DNA from: Acidobacteria bacterium UBA2161
GTDB lineage: Bacteria; Acidobacteriota; Vicinamibacteria; Vicinamibacterales; UBA823
Assembly: GCA_002328835.1 (NCBI GenBank)
Contig: DCWN01000002.1
Coordinates: 39,314 to 103,313, forward strand
DNA length: 64,000 nucleotides
Direction of reading: 5' to 3'
Shown here: positions 1-10,513 of the stretch, piece after piece
Layout: every line of letters begins with the position of its first letter
Position numbering within the stretch: position 1 is the first letter of the stretch
Made by a program: the position numbers and the translations under genes
Notes under the pieces: model-generated
Told to the model about the DNA's origin: nothing
The model's input: only the letters and a program-made list of their open reading frames with translations
The model's database searches: none

Positions 1-80
1 CACAGGAGGTCTGACCGTGGATGCTGATCGGCTGGACCCGTCTGAGGATGGCTTGGCGCGTTCCGTTTAGCACGTTCCGA

Positions 81-1193
81 TCATAACAGCCCCGACGGCT
101 CGAGGCCGTCGAACGGCAACCGGGGCAGCCGATCGACCGGTGCGGGCTCGTCGTCGGCCGTCAGGTTGTGCATCGTCACCCCGAGCAGGCGCACCGCACG
201 GACGCCGGCGTCGGTGCGGTCGAGTAGCCCGAGCGCGCGCCGGACGATCTCCTCGGCGTCGCGCGTCGGCGGCGACGCTGTATGCCTGCGCGTGATCGTC
301 GTGAAGTCGCCGTAGCGCACCTTGATGGTGACGGTGCGTGCCGTCCGCCCACTCCGGGCCAGCCAGTCGGCACCACGGCGCGCCAAGCCGTCGATCTCGG
401 CACGGATCGTATCGAGGTCGATCAGGTCCTCGGCGAAGGTCCGCTCCGAACCCGCGGATTTCGACGGCCGATTGACGACGACCGGGCGGTCGTCGTGGCC
501 CCACGCCAGTCGCTGCAGCGACTCGGCCCAACTCCCCACGATCCCGCGCAGCGCATCGAGTTCGACGTCGCGGACGTCGACCAGCCGTTCGATGCCGCGC
601 GCCCTGAGCTTGCCCGCCGTGACGGGGCCGACGCCCCACAGCGCCTCGACGGGCAGCTTCTGCAGGAAGGCCTCGACGCGGGCATGCGGCACGACGGTCA
701 AGCCGTCGGGTTTCTGCCACCCCGAGGCGATCTTGGCGATGAACTTATTGGGGGCCACGCCGGCCGATGCCGTGAGGCGCGTGCGCTCCAGAATGTGGGC
801 TTTGATCCGCTTGGCGACGGTCGTCGCGAGCGGCTCGCCCCAGGCGTTGACCGTCACGTCGAGGTAGGCCTCGTCGAGCGACAGCGGTTCCACGAGTCGT
901 GTGGCCTCGCGGAAGATTTCGAACACCTCCTTGGAGACCGCGCGGTACTTCGAGAAGTCGGGTCGCACGATCACGAGCGCCGGACAGAGTCGCACGGCCC
1001 TGGCCATCGCCATCGCCGACCGCACGCCGAACTCGCGCGCCTCGTAGCTCGCCGCGGCGACCACGCCGCGCCGTTCGGGGCGTCCACCGACGGCGACGGG
1101 CTTGCCCGCTAGCGATGGGTCGTCGCGCTGTTCGACCGACGCGTAGAACGCATCCATGTCGACGTGCACGATGCGACGGGCACTGTCGGTCAC
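81..1193 (-). CDS. dinB: DNA polymerase IV (Y-family)
   Basis: HVDMDAFYASVE, ASYEAREFGVRSAM, SLDEAYLD and AKIASGWQKPDG motifs; 370 aa. Confidence 0.96.
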   Translation of the reverse strand: MTDSARRIVHVDMDAFYASVEQRDDPSLAGKPVAVGGRPERRGVVAAASYEAREFGVRSAMAMARAVRLCPALVIVRPDFSKYRAVSKEVFEIFREATRLVEPLSLDEAYLDVTVNAWGEPLATTVAKRIKAHILERTRLTASAGVAPNKFIAKIASGWQKPDGLTVVPHARVEAFLQKLPVEALWGVGPVTAGKLRARGIERLVDVRDVELDALRGIVGSWAESLQRLAWGHDDRPVVVNRPSKSAGSERTFAEDLIDLDTIRAEIDGLARRGADWLARSGRTARTVTIKVRYGDFTTITRRHTASPPTRDAEEIVRRALGLLDRTDAGVRAVRLLGVTMHNLTADDEPAPVDRLPRLPFDGLEPSGLL

Positions 1194-1258
1194 CCGCCGA
1201 GTGTACTACGCGGTAGTATGGTGGAGTGGCGTCCAGCGGCGCTGCAGGCGAACGAGTG

Positions 1259-3100
1259 ATGTCGACCGAGAAGCAACAGAACACGACGAGCGGTGCGTGG
1301 GTCGAAGCCCGCGAACTGGTGTACGCGCATCGCTACCGGCTCGCGCTCGGCCTGGCGTTGATGCTGGTGAATCGCCTGTCGGGGCTGGTGCTGCCGGCCT
1401 CGTCGAAGTACCTCATTGACGACGTCATCGCCAACCAGCGCGGCGACCTGCTGCCGACGCTGGCGCTGGCGGTGGGCGCATCGGCGGTGGTTCAGGCGGT
1501 GACCGCGTTCGCGCTGTCGCAGGTGCTGGGCGTCGCGGCCCAGCGCGCCATCACCGACATGCGGAAGCGCGTGCAGGCGCACGTCACCCGGCTGCCGATC
1601 GGCTACTTCGATTCCACGAAGACCGGCGTGTTGATTTCCCGGATCATGACCGATGCCGAGGGAATCCGGAACCTGGTGGGCACCGGCCTCGCGCAGCTGA
1701 CCGGCGGCCTGGTCACCGCGATCATCGCGCTGGTCGTGCTCTTCTATCTGAGCTGGCAGCTCACATCGGTCACCTTGCTGATTCTGCTCGCGTTCGCCGG
1801 CGCGATGGCCACCGCCTTCAAGCGACTCCGGCCGTTGTTTCGCGAGCGGGGCAAGATCAACGCCGAGGTGACCGGCAGGCTGAACGAAACGCTGGGTGGC
1901 ATCCGAATCGTCAAGGCCTACACGGTGGAACGGCGTGAGCAGCGAATCTTTGCGAGCGGCGCGCACCGCCTGCTGCGCAACGTCGCCAGGTCGATCACCG
2001 GCGTGTCGGCGATCGCCGCGGTCTCGACACTGGTCATCGGCGCGATCGGCGTGCTGATGATCCTCGTCGGCGGCCGGGCCATTCTCGACGGGACGATGAC
2101 GCTCGGCGACTTCATCGCCTACGTCTTCTTCACGGGCTTGATGGCGGCGCCGCTCGTGCAGATCGCGTCGATCGGCACCCAGATCACTGAAGCGTTCGCC
2201 GGCCTCGACCGGATCCGCGAGATCCGCCGGATGGCGACCGAAGACGAGGAGGATGCCCAGCGGCAGCCGGTTCCCGAGGTCCGTGGCGACGTGACCTGCG
2301 AGCACGTCTGGTTCGAGTACACCGACGGCGTGCCGGTGCTGCGCGATGTCTCGTTCGTGGCTCCGGCGGGCACGACGACGGCGCTGGTCGGATCGAGTGG
2401 GTCGGGCAAGAGCACGATGATCAGCCTGATCCTGGCGTTCAATCGGCCCAAGTCAGGCAGGGTCACGGTGGATGGGCTCGACCTCGCGTCGCTCCGGCTC
2501 CGGGACTACCGTCGACATATGGGTGTGGTCTTGCAGGAGAACTTTCTCTTCGACGGCACCGTGGCCGAAAACATCCGATTCGCGCGGCCCGATGCCACGC
2601 CGGAGGAGATCCGCGACGTGAGCCGGACCGCGCACTGCGACGAGTTCATTCAGGAACTAGAGCAGGGGTACGACACGGTCGTGGGCGAGCGGGGCGTGAA
2701 GCTGTCGGGTGGGCAGCGGCAGCGCGTGGCCATCGCCCGGGCGATTCTCGCCGATCCACGCATCCTGATTCTGGACGAGGCCACGTCGAGCCTCGACAGC
2801 GAGAGCGAGGGCTTCATTCAGGACGGGCTGCGTCAGCTCCGCCATGGGCGAACGACCTTCGTCATCGCGCATCGACTGTCGACGATTCAGAGCGCCGATC
2901 AGATTCTTGTCATCGAGGGTGGTGAGATCGTCGAGCGAGGCACACACGACGAGCTGTTGGCGCTCGACGGGCGCTATCGCCAGCTCTACGAGAAGCAGTA
3001 CCGGCTCGAGCGCGACCGCTTCATCAATCCCGGCGAAGACTTCACGCCCGATCTGCCGCCCGTGCCGGCCGCGCCGACCCGAAACTCCACATCCTTATAG
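1259..3100 (+). CDS. ABC exporter, fused permease/ATP-binding protein (MsbA/Sav1866-like)
   Basis: N-terminal TM helices, Walker A GSSGSGKS, signature LSGGQRQR, Walker B ILILDE, IAHRLST; ATG 1259 chosen over GTG 1226. Confidence 0.93.
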   Translation: MSTEKQQNTTSGAWVEARELVYAHRYRLALGLALMLVNRLSGLVLPASSKYLIDDVIANQRGDLLPTLALAVGASAVVQAVTAFALSQVLGVAAQRAITDMRKRVQAHVTRLPIGYFDSTKTGVLISRIMTDAEGIRNLVGTGLAQLTGGLVTAIIALVVLFYLSWQLTSVTLLILLAFAGAMATAFKRLRPLFRERGKINAEVTGRLNETLGGIRIVKAYTVERREQRIFASGAHRLLRNVARSITGVSAIAAVSTLVIGAIGVLMILVGGRAILDGTMTLGDFIAYVFFTGLMAAPLVQIASIGTQITEAFAGLDRIREIRRMATEDEEDAQRQPVPEVRGDVTCEHVWFEYTDGVPVLRDVSFVAPAGTTTALVGSSGSGKSTMISLILAFNRPKSGRVTVDGLDLASLRLRDYRRHMGVVLQENFLFDGTVAENIRFARPDATPEEIRDVSRTAHCDEFIQELEQGYDTVVGERGVKLSGGQRQRVAIARAILADPRILILDEATSSLDSESEGFIQDGLRQLRHGRTTFVIAHRLSTIQSADQILVIEGGEIVERGTHDELLALDGRYRQLYEKQYRLERDRFINPGEDFTPDLPPVPAAPTRNSTSL

Positions 3101-3116
3101 AGGGGCGCCTTGCGCC

Positions 3117-3392
3117 GTGCCGGCGCCGACCGCGCCTCTCAGGGTGACGACCAACCAGGAGGTCTGCGACACTCACACGTGGATGCGGGGATTCGTCGTG
3201 GCCTCCGTCGACCGCGCCGAGGTCTCCGCGGCGGATGGATCGTTTCGGATCGACGAGGTGCCACCCGGCACCTACGAGCTCAGCTTCTGGCACGAGGTGC
3301 TGGAGGGGTCGTCCCAGACCGTGACCGTGCCGGCGGGCGCTGTGGCCGAGGTGCAGGTCGACTTCCGGCCGGCCGCGGAAGCGGCGCCGTAG
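3117..3392 (+). pseudogene. Remnant of a secreted cupredoxin-like / carboxypeptidase-regulatory-like domain protein, internally deleted
   Basis: PLRVTTNQEVC joined directly to DTHTWMRGFV, then DGSFRIDEVPPGTYELSFWHEVL; no signal peptide or central domain. Confidence 0.65.
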
Positions 3393-3416
3393 GGAACGGC
3401 GAGACCGGTCTTCGCG

Positions 3417-4439
3417 TCAGCCCTTGTGTTCCGGTCGCCAGTGTAGTCCGACGTTGAGAATCCGCTGCAGCAGCGCCTCGTACGACAACCCCGCGTTCTC
3501 GGCCGATTCGGCGAAATCTTCCCCGAAGGCGATCTGCGGGTTGGGGTTCGCTTCCAGCACGTAGAATCGCCCGTCGTCGGCCAGCCGGATGTCGATCCGG
3601 GCGTAGCCGCTCAGTTCCAGCGTTCGATAGACACGGCGACAGATCTTGTAGATGCGTGCCGTGAGATCCGCCGGGATCCCCTTGGCCGCCCCGGCCGTGA
3701 TGCCGTGCTTCCGCTGATACTTGTGGCTCCACTTCACGCGCTCGGTCGCGATCCGGTGGACGTCGTCGGGCATCTTCGTGAACTTCAGCTCCCAGATCGG
3801 AAAACACTCCAGCCGGTGGTTGCCCAGGACGCCGACGTACAGTTCGCGCCCCTCGACGAACTGCTCGATGATGGCATCGGTCCCGATGCTGTCGTGGATG
3901 AATCGAGTGCGCTCGACCAGCTTGGCATCATCCCGAACGACCGAAGCCTGCGAGATGCCCATGGAGGCGTCCTGGGTCAGCGACTTCACGATGAGCGGAA
4001 AGCCCATCCGTTTCGGCCGTTTGACGGCGCGCCCGATTCGGCAGACCGCGAAGTCAGGAATGGGAATCCGGTGGTAGGCCAGCAGTTTCTTCGACAGCGC
4101 CTTGTCGCGTGACAGCAGGAGCCCTCGCGGATTGCAGCCCGTGTAGGGCATCCGGAGCAGCTCGAGGTAGGCGACGAGGTTCTGATCGAACGACCCGACC
4201 TCATGGAAGGCCTCGAGCAGGTTGAAGGCGATGTGCGGGTTCCCGTCGGTGATCGCCTGACGGATGCCGCTCAACTCGTCTTTCACCCCGAGCTGCTGTA
4301 CCTCGTGGCCCAGATCGGACAGCGTCGACAAAACGTCGTACTCGGTCTTCCATTGGACCGTTGCGAGGTCGTGGCCCGCCGTTTCGGCCGGCGGCACCAT
4401 GTAGTCGTGCATCAGGGCCAACACCCGGAGTCTTCTCAT
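3417..4439 (-). CDS. D-Ala-D-Ala ligase-like ATP-grasp enzyme
   Basis: PYTG, RDKALSKK, FPLIVKS..DASMGIS, IIEQFVEGRE, GYARIDIR, LEANPNP; ATG overlaps upstream stop (ATGA 4439-4436). Confidence 0.88.
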   Translation of the reverse strand: MRRLRVLALMHDYMVPPAETAGHDLATVQWKTEYDVLSTLSDLGHEVQQLGVKDELSGIRQAITDGNPHIAFNLLEAFHEVGSFDQNLVAYLELLRMPYTGCNPRGLLLSRDKALSKKLLAYHRIPIPDFAVCRIGRAVKRPKRMGFPLIVKSLTQDASMGISQASVVRDDAKLVERTRFIHDSIGTDAIIEQFVEGRELYVGVLGNHRLECFPIWELKFTKMPDDVHRIATERVKWSHKYQRKHGITAGAAKGIPADLTARIYKICRRVYRTLELSGYARIDIRLADDGRFYVLEANPNPQIAFGEDFAESAENAGLSYEALLQRILNVGLHWRPEHKG

Positions 4440-5497
4440 AGCGCGAGTTTGTGTCGCCCGCTGTGCAGGTAGTTCATCGTTTGCACGGTCAGGAGCACGG
4501 TGAAGTCGAGTTTGGTCTTGTCTTCGGGCGCCGTCAGGCGCAGGTCGAGCGCGGCGCACCGGGTGATGATGTCCTCGAGCACCTGGTCGATGGTGTACTG
4601 GTAGGTCGACGTCCAGCTCGCGACGTGTCGGCGCACGCCAGCGCGGATCTTGTTGAGGAACCTGGCCGCCGGCATGTTCTTGGCGAACTCCGGTGCCGCG
4701 GAGAACAGGCGGCGGAGATCGCGGTCATAGAAATCGGGGTACTCGAGGCCGTAGTGGTCACGCTTCGCCTTGTAGTGTGCGCGTAGCGTCTTGCGCAGCC
4801 GGGAGACCGGGTCGACGACCCTCCGACTCGAATGGCGCGGCCGCGTCGGCGCGATCTCCCGCATCAGCCGCTCCATGTACTCGAGCTTCTTCAACGCGGG
4901 CCAGCCGGTGTACCGTCTCGGCCACATCGACCTCGGATTCAACCACACGGCGAACGTTTCGGCGAAATCCTCATCCGGATGACTCTGGGCGTACCACGAG
5001 TCGAGGTGCAGCACGAACCGCTTGCTGTAGGGCCGAGGCGTGTAGAACTCGGGATAGGGCACCGACGACTTGCCGAAGAGCGTCCGTCGTGTCGGGCGGC
5101 GCTGAAGACGGTAGGCGTTGTCGATCGCGTGACCCACTTCGTGCCGGAGAATTCGCAGGCAGGCCGCGCGGGTCCGGCCTTCCACTTCCAGCAGCTGCGT
5201 TTGTTCGAGTTGTATCAGGCGCGGGTGCGCCAGATAGAACGGCAGCGCGACGCCTGGCACGTCATCCGGGGTGAACCAATCATCCGAGAGCCAGTAGTGT
5301 GGTCGGAACCGAAAGCCCCGGAGCGCGAGTTCCGCGTCGATCTCTCGCAGACGCTTCTCGAGCGCACTGCCTTCGAGGCCGACCCCGAGATCGCACATCC
5401 GAACGTCGAGGAGCTTCTCGTCGGACCAGTTCCGCCAGACCGGTGGCCGGCGGCGCGGCGGGGCGTCGCGGTGAGGACGGACGAGGTAGGCGGCCAT
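4436..5497 (-). CDS. Putative zinc-binding metallopeptidase (zincin, Peptidase_Mx-like)
   Basis: HEVGH (HExxH) and [14 protein letters not shown] motifs. Confidence 0.85.
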   Translation of the reverse strand: MAAYLVRPHRDAPPRRRPPVWRNWSDEKLLDVRMCDLGVGLEGSALEKRLREIDAELALRGFRFRPHYWLSDDWFTPDDVPGVALPFYLAHPRLIQLEQTQLLEVEGRTRAACLRILRHEVGHAIDNAYRLQRRPTRRTLFGKSSVPYPEFYTPRPYSKRFVLHLDSWYAQSHPDEDFAETFAVWLNPRSMWPRRYTGWPALKKLEYMERLMREIAPTRPRHSSRRVVDPVSRLRKTLRAHYKAKRDHYGLEYPDFYDRDLRRLFSAAPEFAKNMPAARFLNKIRAGVRRHVASWTSTYQYTIDQVLEDIITRCAALDLRLTAPEDKTKLDFTVLLTVQTMNYLHSGRHKLAL

Positions 5498-5608
5498 CGT
5501 GTGCGCGGAGAGTGGTCGGCCGGCGCGGTCGACACCGACCGCCGGGCTGCGTCGGCACGTGCAGTATACTCCTCACTTTCTTCGCGCCGGTCGCGCGGTC
5601 GAGGTGCC

Positions 5609-7282
5609 ATGCCGCAATTCATCTACACCATGAAGGGGCTGGGCAAGGTGCACCAGCCCGACCATGTCGTGCTCCACGACATCTGGTTGTCGTTCCTGCC
5701 CGGCGCCAAGATCGGCGTGCTCGGATTGAACGGCGCCGGCAAGAGCACGCTGCTGCGGGTGATGGCCGGCCTGGACACCGACGTGCAGGGCGAGGCGTTT
5801 CCGGCCCAGGGCATCACCGTCGGCCATCTTCCGCAGGAGCCGACGCTGGACGCTGACAAGGACGTGCGCGGGAACGTCGACGAAGGCGTCGCGCCCGTTC
5901 GTGCACTGCTCGAGGCCTACGATGCGATCACGGCCAGGTTCGGCGAGGAGTTGTCGCCCGAGGAGATGGAACAGGCCCTCGACGAGCAGGGCAAGCTGCA
6001 GGATCGGATCGAGGCCGCGGGGGCCTGGGACCTCGATTCGAAGGTGGAGATGGCGATGGACGCGCTGCGGCTGCCGCCGGGTGAGGGCGACGTCGCGACG
6101 TTGTCGGGCGGCGAACGGCGGCGTGTCGCGCTGTGCCGCCTGCTGCTGCAGGCGCCGGACCTGCTGCTGCTCGACGAGCCGACCAACCATCTCGATGCCG
6201 AGTCGGTGGCGTGGCTCGAGCACCATCTGCAGGCGTACCCGGGCACCGTCGTCGCGGTCACGCACGACCGGTACTTCCTCGACAACGTCGCCGGCTGGAT
6301 TCTCGAACTCGATCGCGGCTCGGGGATCCCCTGGGAGGGGAACTACTCGTCGTGGCTCGAGCAAGAGCAGGCACGGCTTGGGGCTGAGGAGAAACAGGAG
6401 AGCAAGCGTCAGCGAACGTTGGCGCGCGAACTCGAGTGGGTCCGGATGTCACCCCGTGCTCGCCAGGCGAAGGGCAAGGCCCGTCTGAATGCCTACGAGA
6501 AGCTGCTGAATGAGGACCAGGCCAAGAAGATCGATCAGGTCGAGATCTACATTCTGCCCGGTCCGCGCCTGGGCGACGTCGTCGTTGAGGCCGATCACCT
6601 TCGGAAGGCCTACGGCGATCAGTTGCTGTTCGACGATCTGAGCTTCACCCTGCCGCGAGGCGGCATCGTCGGCGTCATTGGGCCGAACGGCGCCGGGAAG
6701 ACGACGCTGTTCCGGATGATCACGGGCGCCGAGACGCCGGACGCAGGGACGCTGCGAGTCGGCGAGACGGTGTCGATCGGCTACGTCGATCAGTCGCGCG
6801 AAGCGCTCGGGGCGGACCGCACGGTCTGGGAAGAGATTTCGGGCGGTGAGGACGAGATCGGGCTCGGCAAGCGGACCGTGGCGTCGAGGGCCTACGTTTC
6901 CTGGTTCAACTTCAAGGGGCGGGACCAGCAGCGCAAGGTCGGCGCCCTGTCGGGCGGCGAACGAAATCGCGTCCACCTGGCCAAGCTACTGCGCGGCGGC
7001 GCCAACCTGTTGCTCCTCGACGAGCCGACCAACGACCTCGACGTCGACACGCTGCGCGCGCTGGAGGATGCGCTGGTCGACTTCGTCGGATGCGCGGTCG
7101 TCATCAGCCACGATCGCTGGATCCTCGACCGGGTCGCGACTCACATGCTGGCCTTCGAGGGCGACAGCGAAGTCGTCTGGTTCGAAGGTAACTATCAGGA
7201 TTACGAGGCCGACCGGCGCCGGCGGCTGGGTGCCGCGGCCGACCAGCCGCACCGGATCAAGTATCGAAAGCTGACGCGGTAG
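5609..7282 (+). CDS. ettA: Energy-dependent translational throttle ABC-F ATPase
   Basis: MPQFIYTM N-terminus, [21 protein letters not shown], two ABC domains, [10 protein letters not shown]-terminus; GAGG RBS before ATG 5609. Confidence 0.96.
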   Translation: MPQFIYTMKGLGKVHQPDHVVLHDIWLSFLPGAKIGVLGLNGAGKSTLLRVMAGLDTDVQGEAFPAQGITVGHLPQEPTLDADKDVRGNVDEGVAPVRALLEAYDAITARFGEELSPEEMEQALDEQGKLQDRIEAAGAWDLDSKVEMAMDALRLPPGEGDVATLSGGERRRVALCRLLLQAPDLLLLDEPTNHLDAESVAWLEHHLQAYPGTVVAVTHDRYFLDNVAGWILELDRGSGIPWEGNYSSWLEQEQARLGAEEKQESKRQRTLARELEWVRMSPRARQAKGKARLNAYEKLLNEDQAKKIDQVEIYILPGPRLGDVVVEADHLRKAYGDQLLFDDLSFTLPRGGIVGVIGPNGAGKTTLFRMITGAETPDAGTLRVGETVSIGYVDQSREALGADRTVWEEISGGEDEIGLGKRTVASRAYVSWFNFKGRDQQRKVGALSGGERNRVHLAKLLRGGANLLLLDEPTNDLDVDTLRALEDALVDFVGCAVVISHDRWILDRVATHMLAFEGDSEVVWFEGNYQDYEADRRRRLGAAADQPHRIKYRKLTR

Positions 7283-7370
7283 GTGGCATCCGTCTGGGCG
7301 AGCCGAAGACGATTCCGAGATCCGCCCGAGACTGTGTGTGAGACCAAGCCGCGATGTCCAGCCTCGCGCC

Positions 7371-9338
7371 CTACGCCGTAGCCGTCGTCCGGCTTCTCGC
7401 GAGATGCAGCGCGATGGCCAGAGCGAATGCGGCGGCGCCTGCGAAGTCGGTCGCCGAACTGGCGTAGAAGAGCAGCAGGCCGCCGCCCGTCGCCAGGAGC
7501 CGCTCGGCCGCGCTGGCCTCGGCCCTGAGCCAGCCACCCAGCCCCATCGCGAGCGCGGCGATACCCACCATCGCGGTCAGCGTCGTCCGGATGACGTCCG
7601 GCCACGGCGCCTGGAGCAGGACGCCCAGCCCCTCCGGACTCAGCGTGAACGTGAACGGCACCAGGAAGGCCGGCAGCGTGTACTTCCAGGTCAGCATCAT
7701 CGTCCGGAACGGGTTGCCGCCGGTGATCGCCGCTGCCGCGAAGGGCGACAGCGCGGTCGGAGGGCTCACTTCCGACAGGACGGCGTAGTAGAAGATGAAC
7801 ATGTGGGCGGCGACGGCGGGCACGCCGACCAGGGTCAGCGCCGGCGCGATCATCACCGCCGCGATGATGTACGACGCCGTGACGGGGACGGCCAGGCCGA
7901 GCATCCACACCGCCAGCGCGGCGTAGACCACTGTCAGGAAGATGCTGCCGCCGGCCAGCGCGACGATAATGCCGGCGATCTTCAGGCCGAGTCCGGTCAG
8001 CGTGACGACGCCGACGATGATGCCGGCCGTGGCGGTAGTCGCGGCGACGGAGAGGACCCCGCGCCCGCCCGATTCGAGCGCCGCCAGTAGCCGTGTCGGG
8101 CGAAGCGCATCCTCGCGGCGCAGGAAGCTGAGCGCCACGGCCACCGCCATGGCCCAGAACACCGCGCGAAACGGCGTCATCCCGCTCACGAGGAGGACGA
8201 TGATGACCAGCAGCGACGCGAAGTGGTAGCCCGAACGCCGCGTCAGTGCGCCCAGGCTTGGGAGGTCCACCTCGACAGCGCGGGTGCCCATCCGGCGGGA
8301 GTCGGCCTCGATCATCAGCAGGATCGAGAAGTAGTAGAGCAGGGCGGGGACGGCGGCCATCACGATGACCTGCAGATACGAGATCTTCAGGAACTCGGCA
8401 ATCAGGAACGCGGCCGCGCCCAGCGTCGGTGGCGCCATGATCGCGCCGATCCCCGCGGCTGACAGAATGCCGGCGCCGACCTCGGGCGGGTAGCCCGAGC
8501 GCCGGAGCAGCGGCCAGGCCACCGCACCGAGCGTGACGGTCGTTGCGACGCCGCTCCCCGAGACCGTGCCGAGCAGGAAGCCCGACAGCGTGATCGTGCG
8601 TCCAGGGCCGCTGCCCCCTCCAGAGCGGCCCATCGCGGCCATGGCCCAGTTGATGAAGAACTGTCCGGCGCCCGAGTGCTGCAGGATGGCGCCGTAGATC
8701 GTGAAGAGCACGATGTAGGTGGCCGCGACGTCGAGCGGCACGCCGAAAATCCCTTCCAGCGTCATGTAGAGCGTACCGACGAGCCGGTCGACCGCGTACC
8801 CCCGGTGGGCGAACAGGTCCAGGCCCACCAGGCCGAGCAACGGGCCGAGATAGCCGTAGACGAGGAACGCCAGGGCGGTGACGGGAAGAATCCAGCCCAC
8901 GGTGCGTCGGGTCGCCTCGAGGACCAGGCCAATCGTCACCACACCCAGCACCAGGTCGAGCGTCGTGGGAGTCGCGGCACGGCGCACGAACTGCTCGAAG
9001 TCGACGATTGGCCGGAGGAGCGCGACGACGCCCGCGCCCAGCAGCATCCAGTCGACGGCGGTCACCTTCGCCCGGCTTCGGCGCGAGAACGGGTAGAGCA
9101 GAAACGTCAGCGACAGCGCCACCATCAGAAACGTGATGCGGTAGACCTGAGGCTGGACGATGCCGATGACCCAGTAGAGCGCGTAGGCCGACAACCCGGC
9201 GGCGAGTGTGGCGGCGAGCCGTCCGGTCCAGCCCGCGAGCGCGCGCGTCGGTACTTCCGACTCGGGATCGTCGGGTGCGGCGGCGGCGGCGGCCGGCGAT
9301 GTCGGTTCCAGGGTGGAGTCCAGCGGCGGGTGGATCAG
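7371..9338 (-). CDS. TRAP transporter fused 4TM/12TM permease (TAXI-associated); start uncertain (CTG 9338 proposed, TTG 9194 in ORF track)
   Basis: LEATRRTVG, EGIFGVPL, GTVSGSGVAT, APPTLGAAAF, HMFIFYYAVLSEVSPP motifs; frame is open from 9338. Confidence 0.9.
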   Translation of the reverse strand: MIHPPLDSTLEPTSPAAAAAAPDDPESEVPTRALAGWTGRLAATLAAGLSAYALYWVIGIVQPQVYRITFLMVALSLTFLLYPFSRRSRAKVTAVDWMLLGAGVVALLRPIVDFEQFVRRAATPTTLDLVLGVVTIGLVLEATRRTVGWILPVTALAFLVYGYLGPLLGLVGLDLFAHRGYAVDRLVGTLYMTLEGIFGVPLDVAATYIVLFTIYGAILQHSGAGQFFINWAMAAMGRSGGGSGPGRTITLSGFLLGTVSGSGVATTVTLGAVAWPLLRRSGYPPEVGAGILSAAGIGAIMAPPTLGAAAFLIAEFLKISYLQVIVMAAVPALLYYFSILLMIEADSRRMGTRAVEVDLPSLGALTRRSGYHFASLLVIIVLLVSGMTPFRAVFWAMAVAVALSFLRREDALRPTRLLAALESGGRGVLSVAATTATAGIIVGVVTLTGLGLKIAGIIVALAGGSIFLTVVYAALAVWMLGLAVPVTASYIIAAVMIAPALTLVGVPAVAAHMFIFYYAVLSEVSPPTALSPFAAAAITGGNPFRTMMLTWKYTLPAFLVPFTFTLSPEGLGVLLQAPWPDVIRTTLTAMVGIAALAMGLGGWLRAEASAAERLLATGGGLLLFYASSATDFAGAAAFALAIALHLARSRTTATA

Positions 9339-10375
9339 GGTTCGTCGGTGTCGGCCCAGGCGCTCTGGTCTTCGTAGTAGCGGATAGCGCCCGCGTGATA
9401 CGGCGTCGGCGACCCGACGACTGCGCTCTCGAGCGTCAGGTTCTCCGCTTCGGCATGGATGGCCGCCAGCTCGGAGCGCCGTTCGAAGAGGACGCGGATG
9501 ATGTCGTACGCAAGATCGTCGGGCATCGATTCGTGCACGGCGAGCACGTTGGCGACGCCCACGACCGGCACGTCGGCCTCCAGGTCGGGGTAGGCCGACT
9601 GGGGCACGATGACCTCGTGGTACACGGTGTCGCCGTACTTGGCCTGAAGCGCCGGCAGGACGTCGTCGCTCGGGACCAACCGCAGCGTCATGCGGGGCGT
9701 CGTCGCCAGATCGAGTACCGCACCGGTCGGGAGGCCGCCGCTCCAGAAGAACGCGTCGATCTTGCCGTCTTTCAACGCGTCGACCGACTGCGAGGCGCCG
9801 AGGCTCTGCCGCGTCACGTCGGCATTGGGGTCGAGCCCGGCCGCTTCGAGCACGCGGAAGGCGATGATCTCCGTGCCGCTGCCCGGGGCGCCGGTGCTGA
9901 CGACGCGCCCGCGCAGATCGCTGATGCGTTCGACCCCGGTATCGGCCAGCGTCGCGATATGCGTGTAGTTGGAGTAGAGCACGGCGAGCGAGCGCGCCGG
10001 CACCCGGCCGAACTCCGAGAAGATGCCTTCACCCGCCACGGCATCGCTCAGCGAATCGGCGAGCGCGAACGCGATGTCGGCGCTCCGGTCGTTCAGGAAC
10101 TTGAGGTTGTCGACCGTGCCGGCCGTGACTTCCGCCGTCGCCTCGACATCCTCGAGGTGATCGCTGATGACCTTGGCGATCCCGCCGCCGTACGGGTAGT
10201 ACACCCCGCCGGTGCCGCCGGTCGCCACCGAGAGCCAGGTCGTCGACCCGGCCTGCTGGGCCAGTTCCTGAGGGTTGCAGCCCGTGGCGGCGAGTGCGAT
10301 GACGGCCACCGCCACGCTCGCCCGCAGACCGATCGAGGCGCCCTCGGTGCGCCCCCGCTCGACACGCTCTTTCAC
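9335..10375 (-). CDS. TAXI family TRAP solute-binding lipoprotein
   Basis: ATGGTGGVYYPYG, STGAPGSGTE, KDGKIDAFFWSGGLP, PYHAGAIRYY; lipobox-like LAATGC. Confidence 0.93.
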   Translation of the reverse strand: MKERVERGRTEGASIGLRASVAVAVIALAATGCNPQELAQQAGSTTWLSVATGGTGGVYYPYGGGIAKVISDHLEDVEATAEVTAGTVDNLKFLNDRSADIAFALADSLSDAVAGEGIFSEFGRVPARSLAVLYSNYTHIATLADTGVERISDLRGRVVSTGAPGSGTEIIAFRVLEAAGLDPNADVTRQSLGASQSVDALKDGKIDAFFWSGGLPTGAVLDLATTPRMTLRLVPSDDVLPALQAKYGDTVYHEVIVPQSAYPDLEADVPVVGVANVLAVHESMPDDLAYDIIRVLFERRSELAAIHAEAENLTLESAVVGSPTPYHAGAIRYYEDQSAWADTDEP

Positions 10376-10513
10376 GATGGGCCAATTCTACTCGTCTCGG
10401 CCCTGCGGGCGTCCTGCGGCCGAGCTGGGTGCGTTCCTCGCCCGGCTCGCGCCTGCGATAGCATGAGTCGACGCTTGCGACGTCCGCCAGCTGACTCACC
10501 TCAGGAGCCTGCA

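Noticed and set aside
4-70. AGGAGGT followed by GTG and a 17-aa ORF (17-70)
   Set aside because: The frame is open back to the window edge, so it may simply be the 3' end of an upstream gene; it cannot be resolved here
4832-5608. 259-aa N-terminal extension of EttA in the ORF track
   Set aside because: It is antisense to the zinc peptidase; the true start is ATG 5609 with an RBS and the conserved N-terminus
9206-10513. Apparent 951-aa fusion ORF
   Set aside because: The first 436 codons are the antisense shadow of the TAXI gene; the esterase starts at 10514
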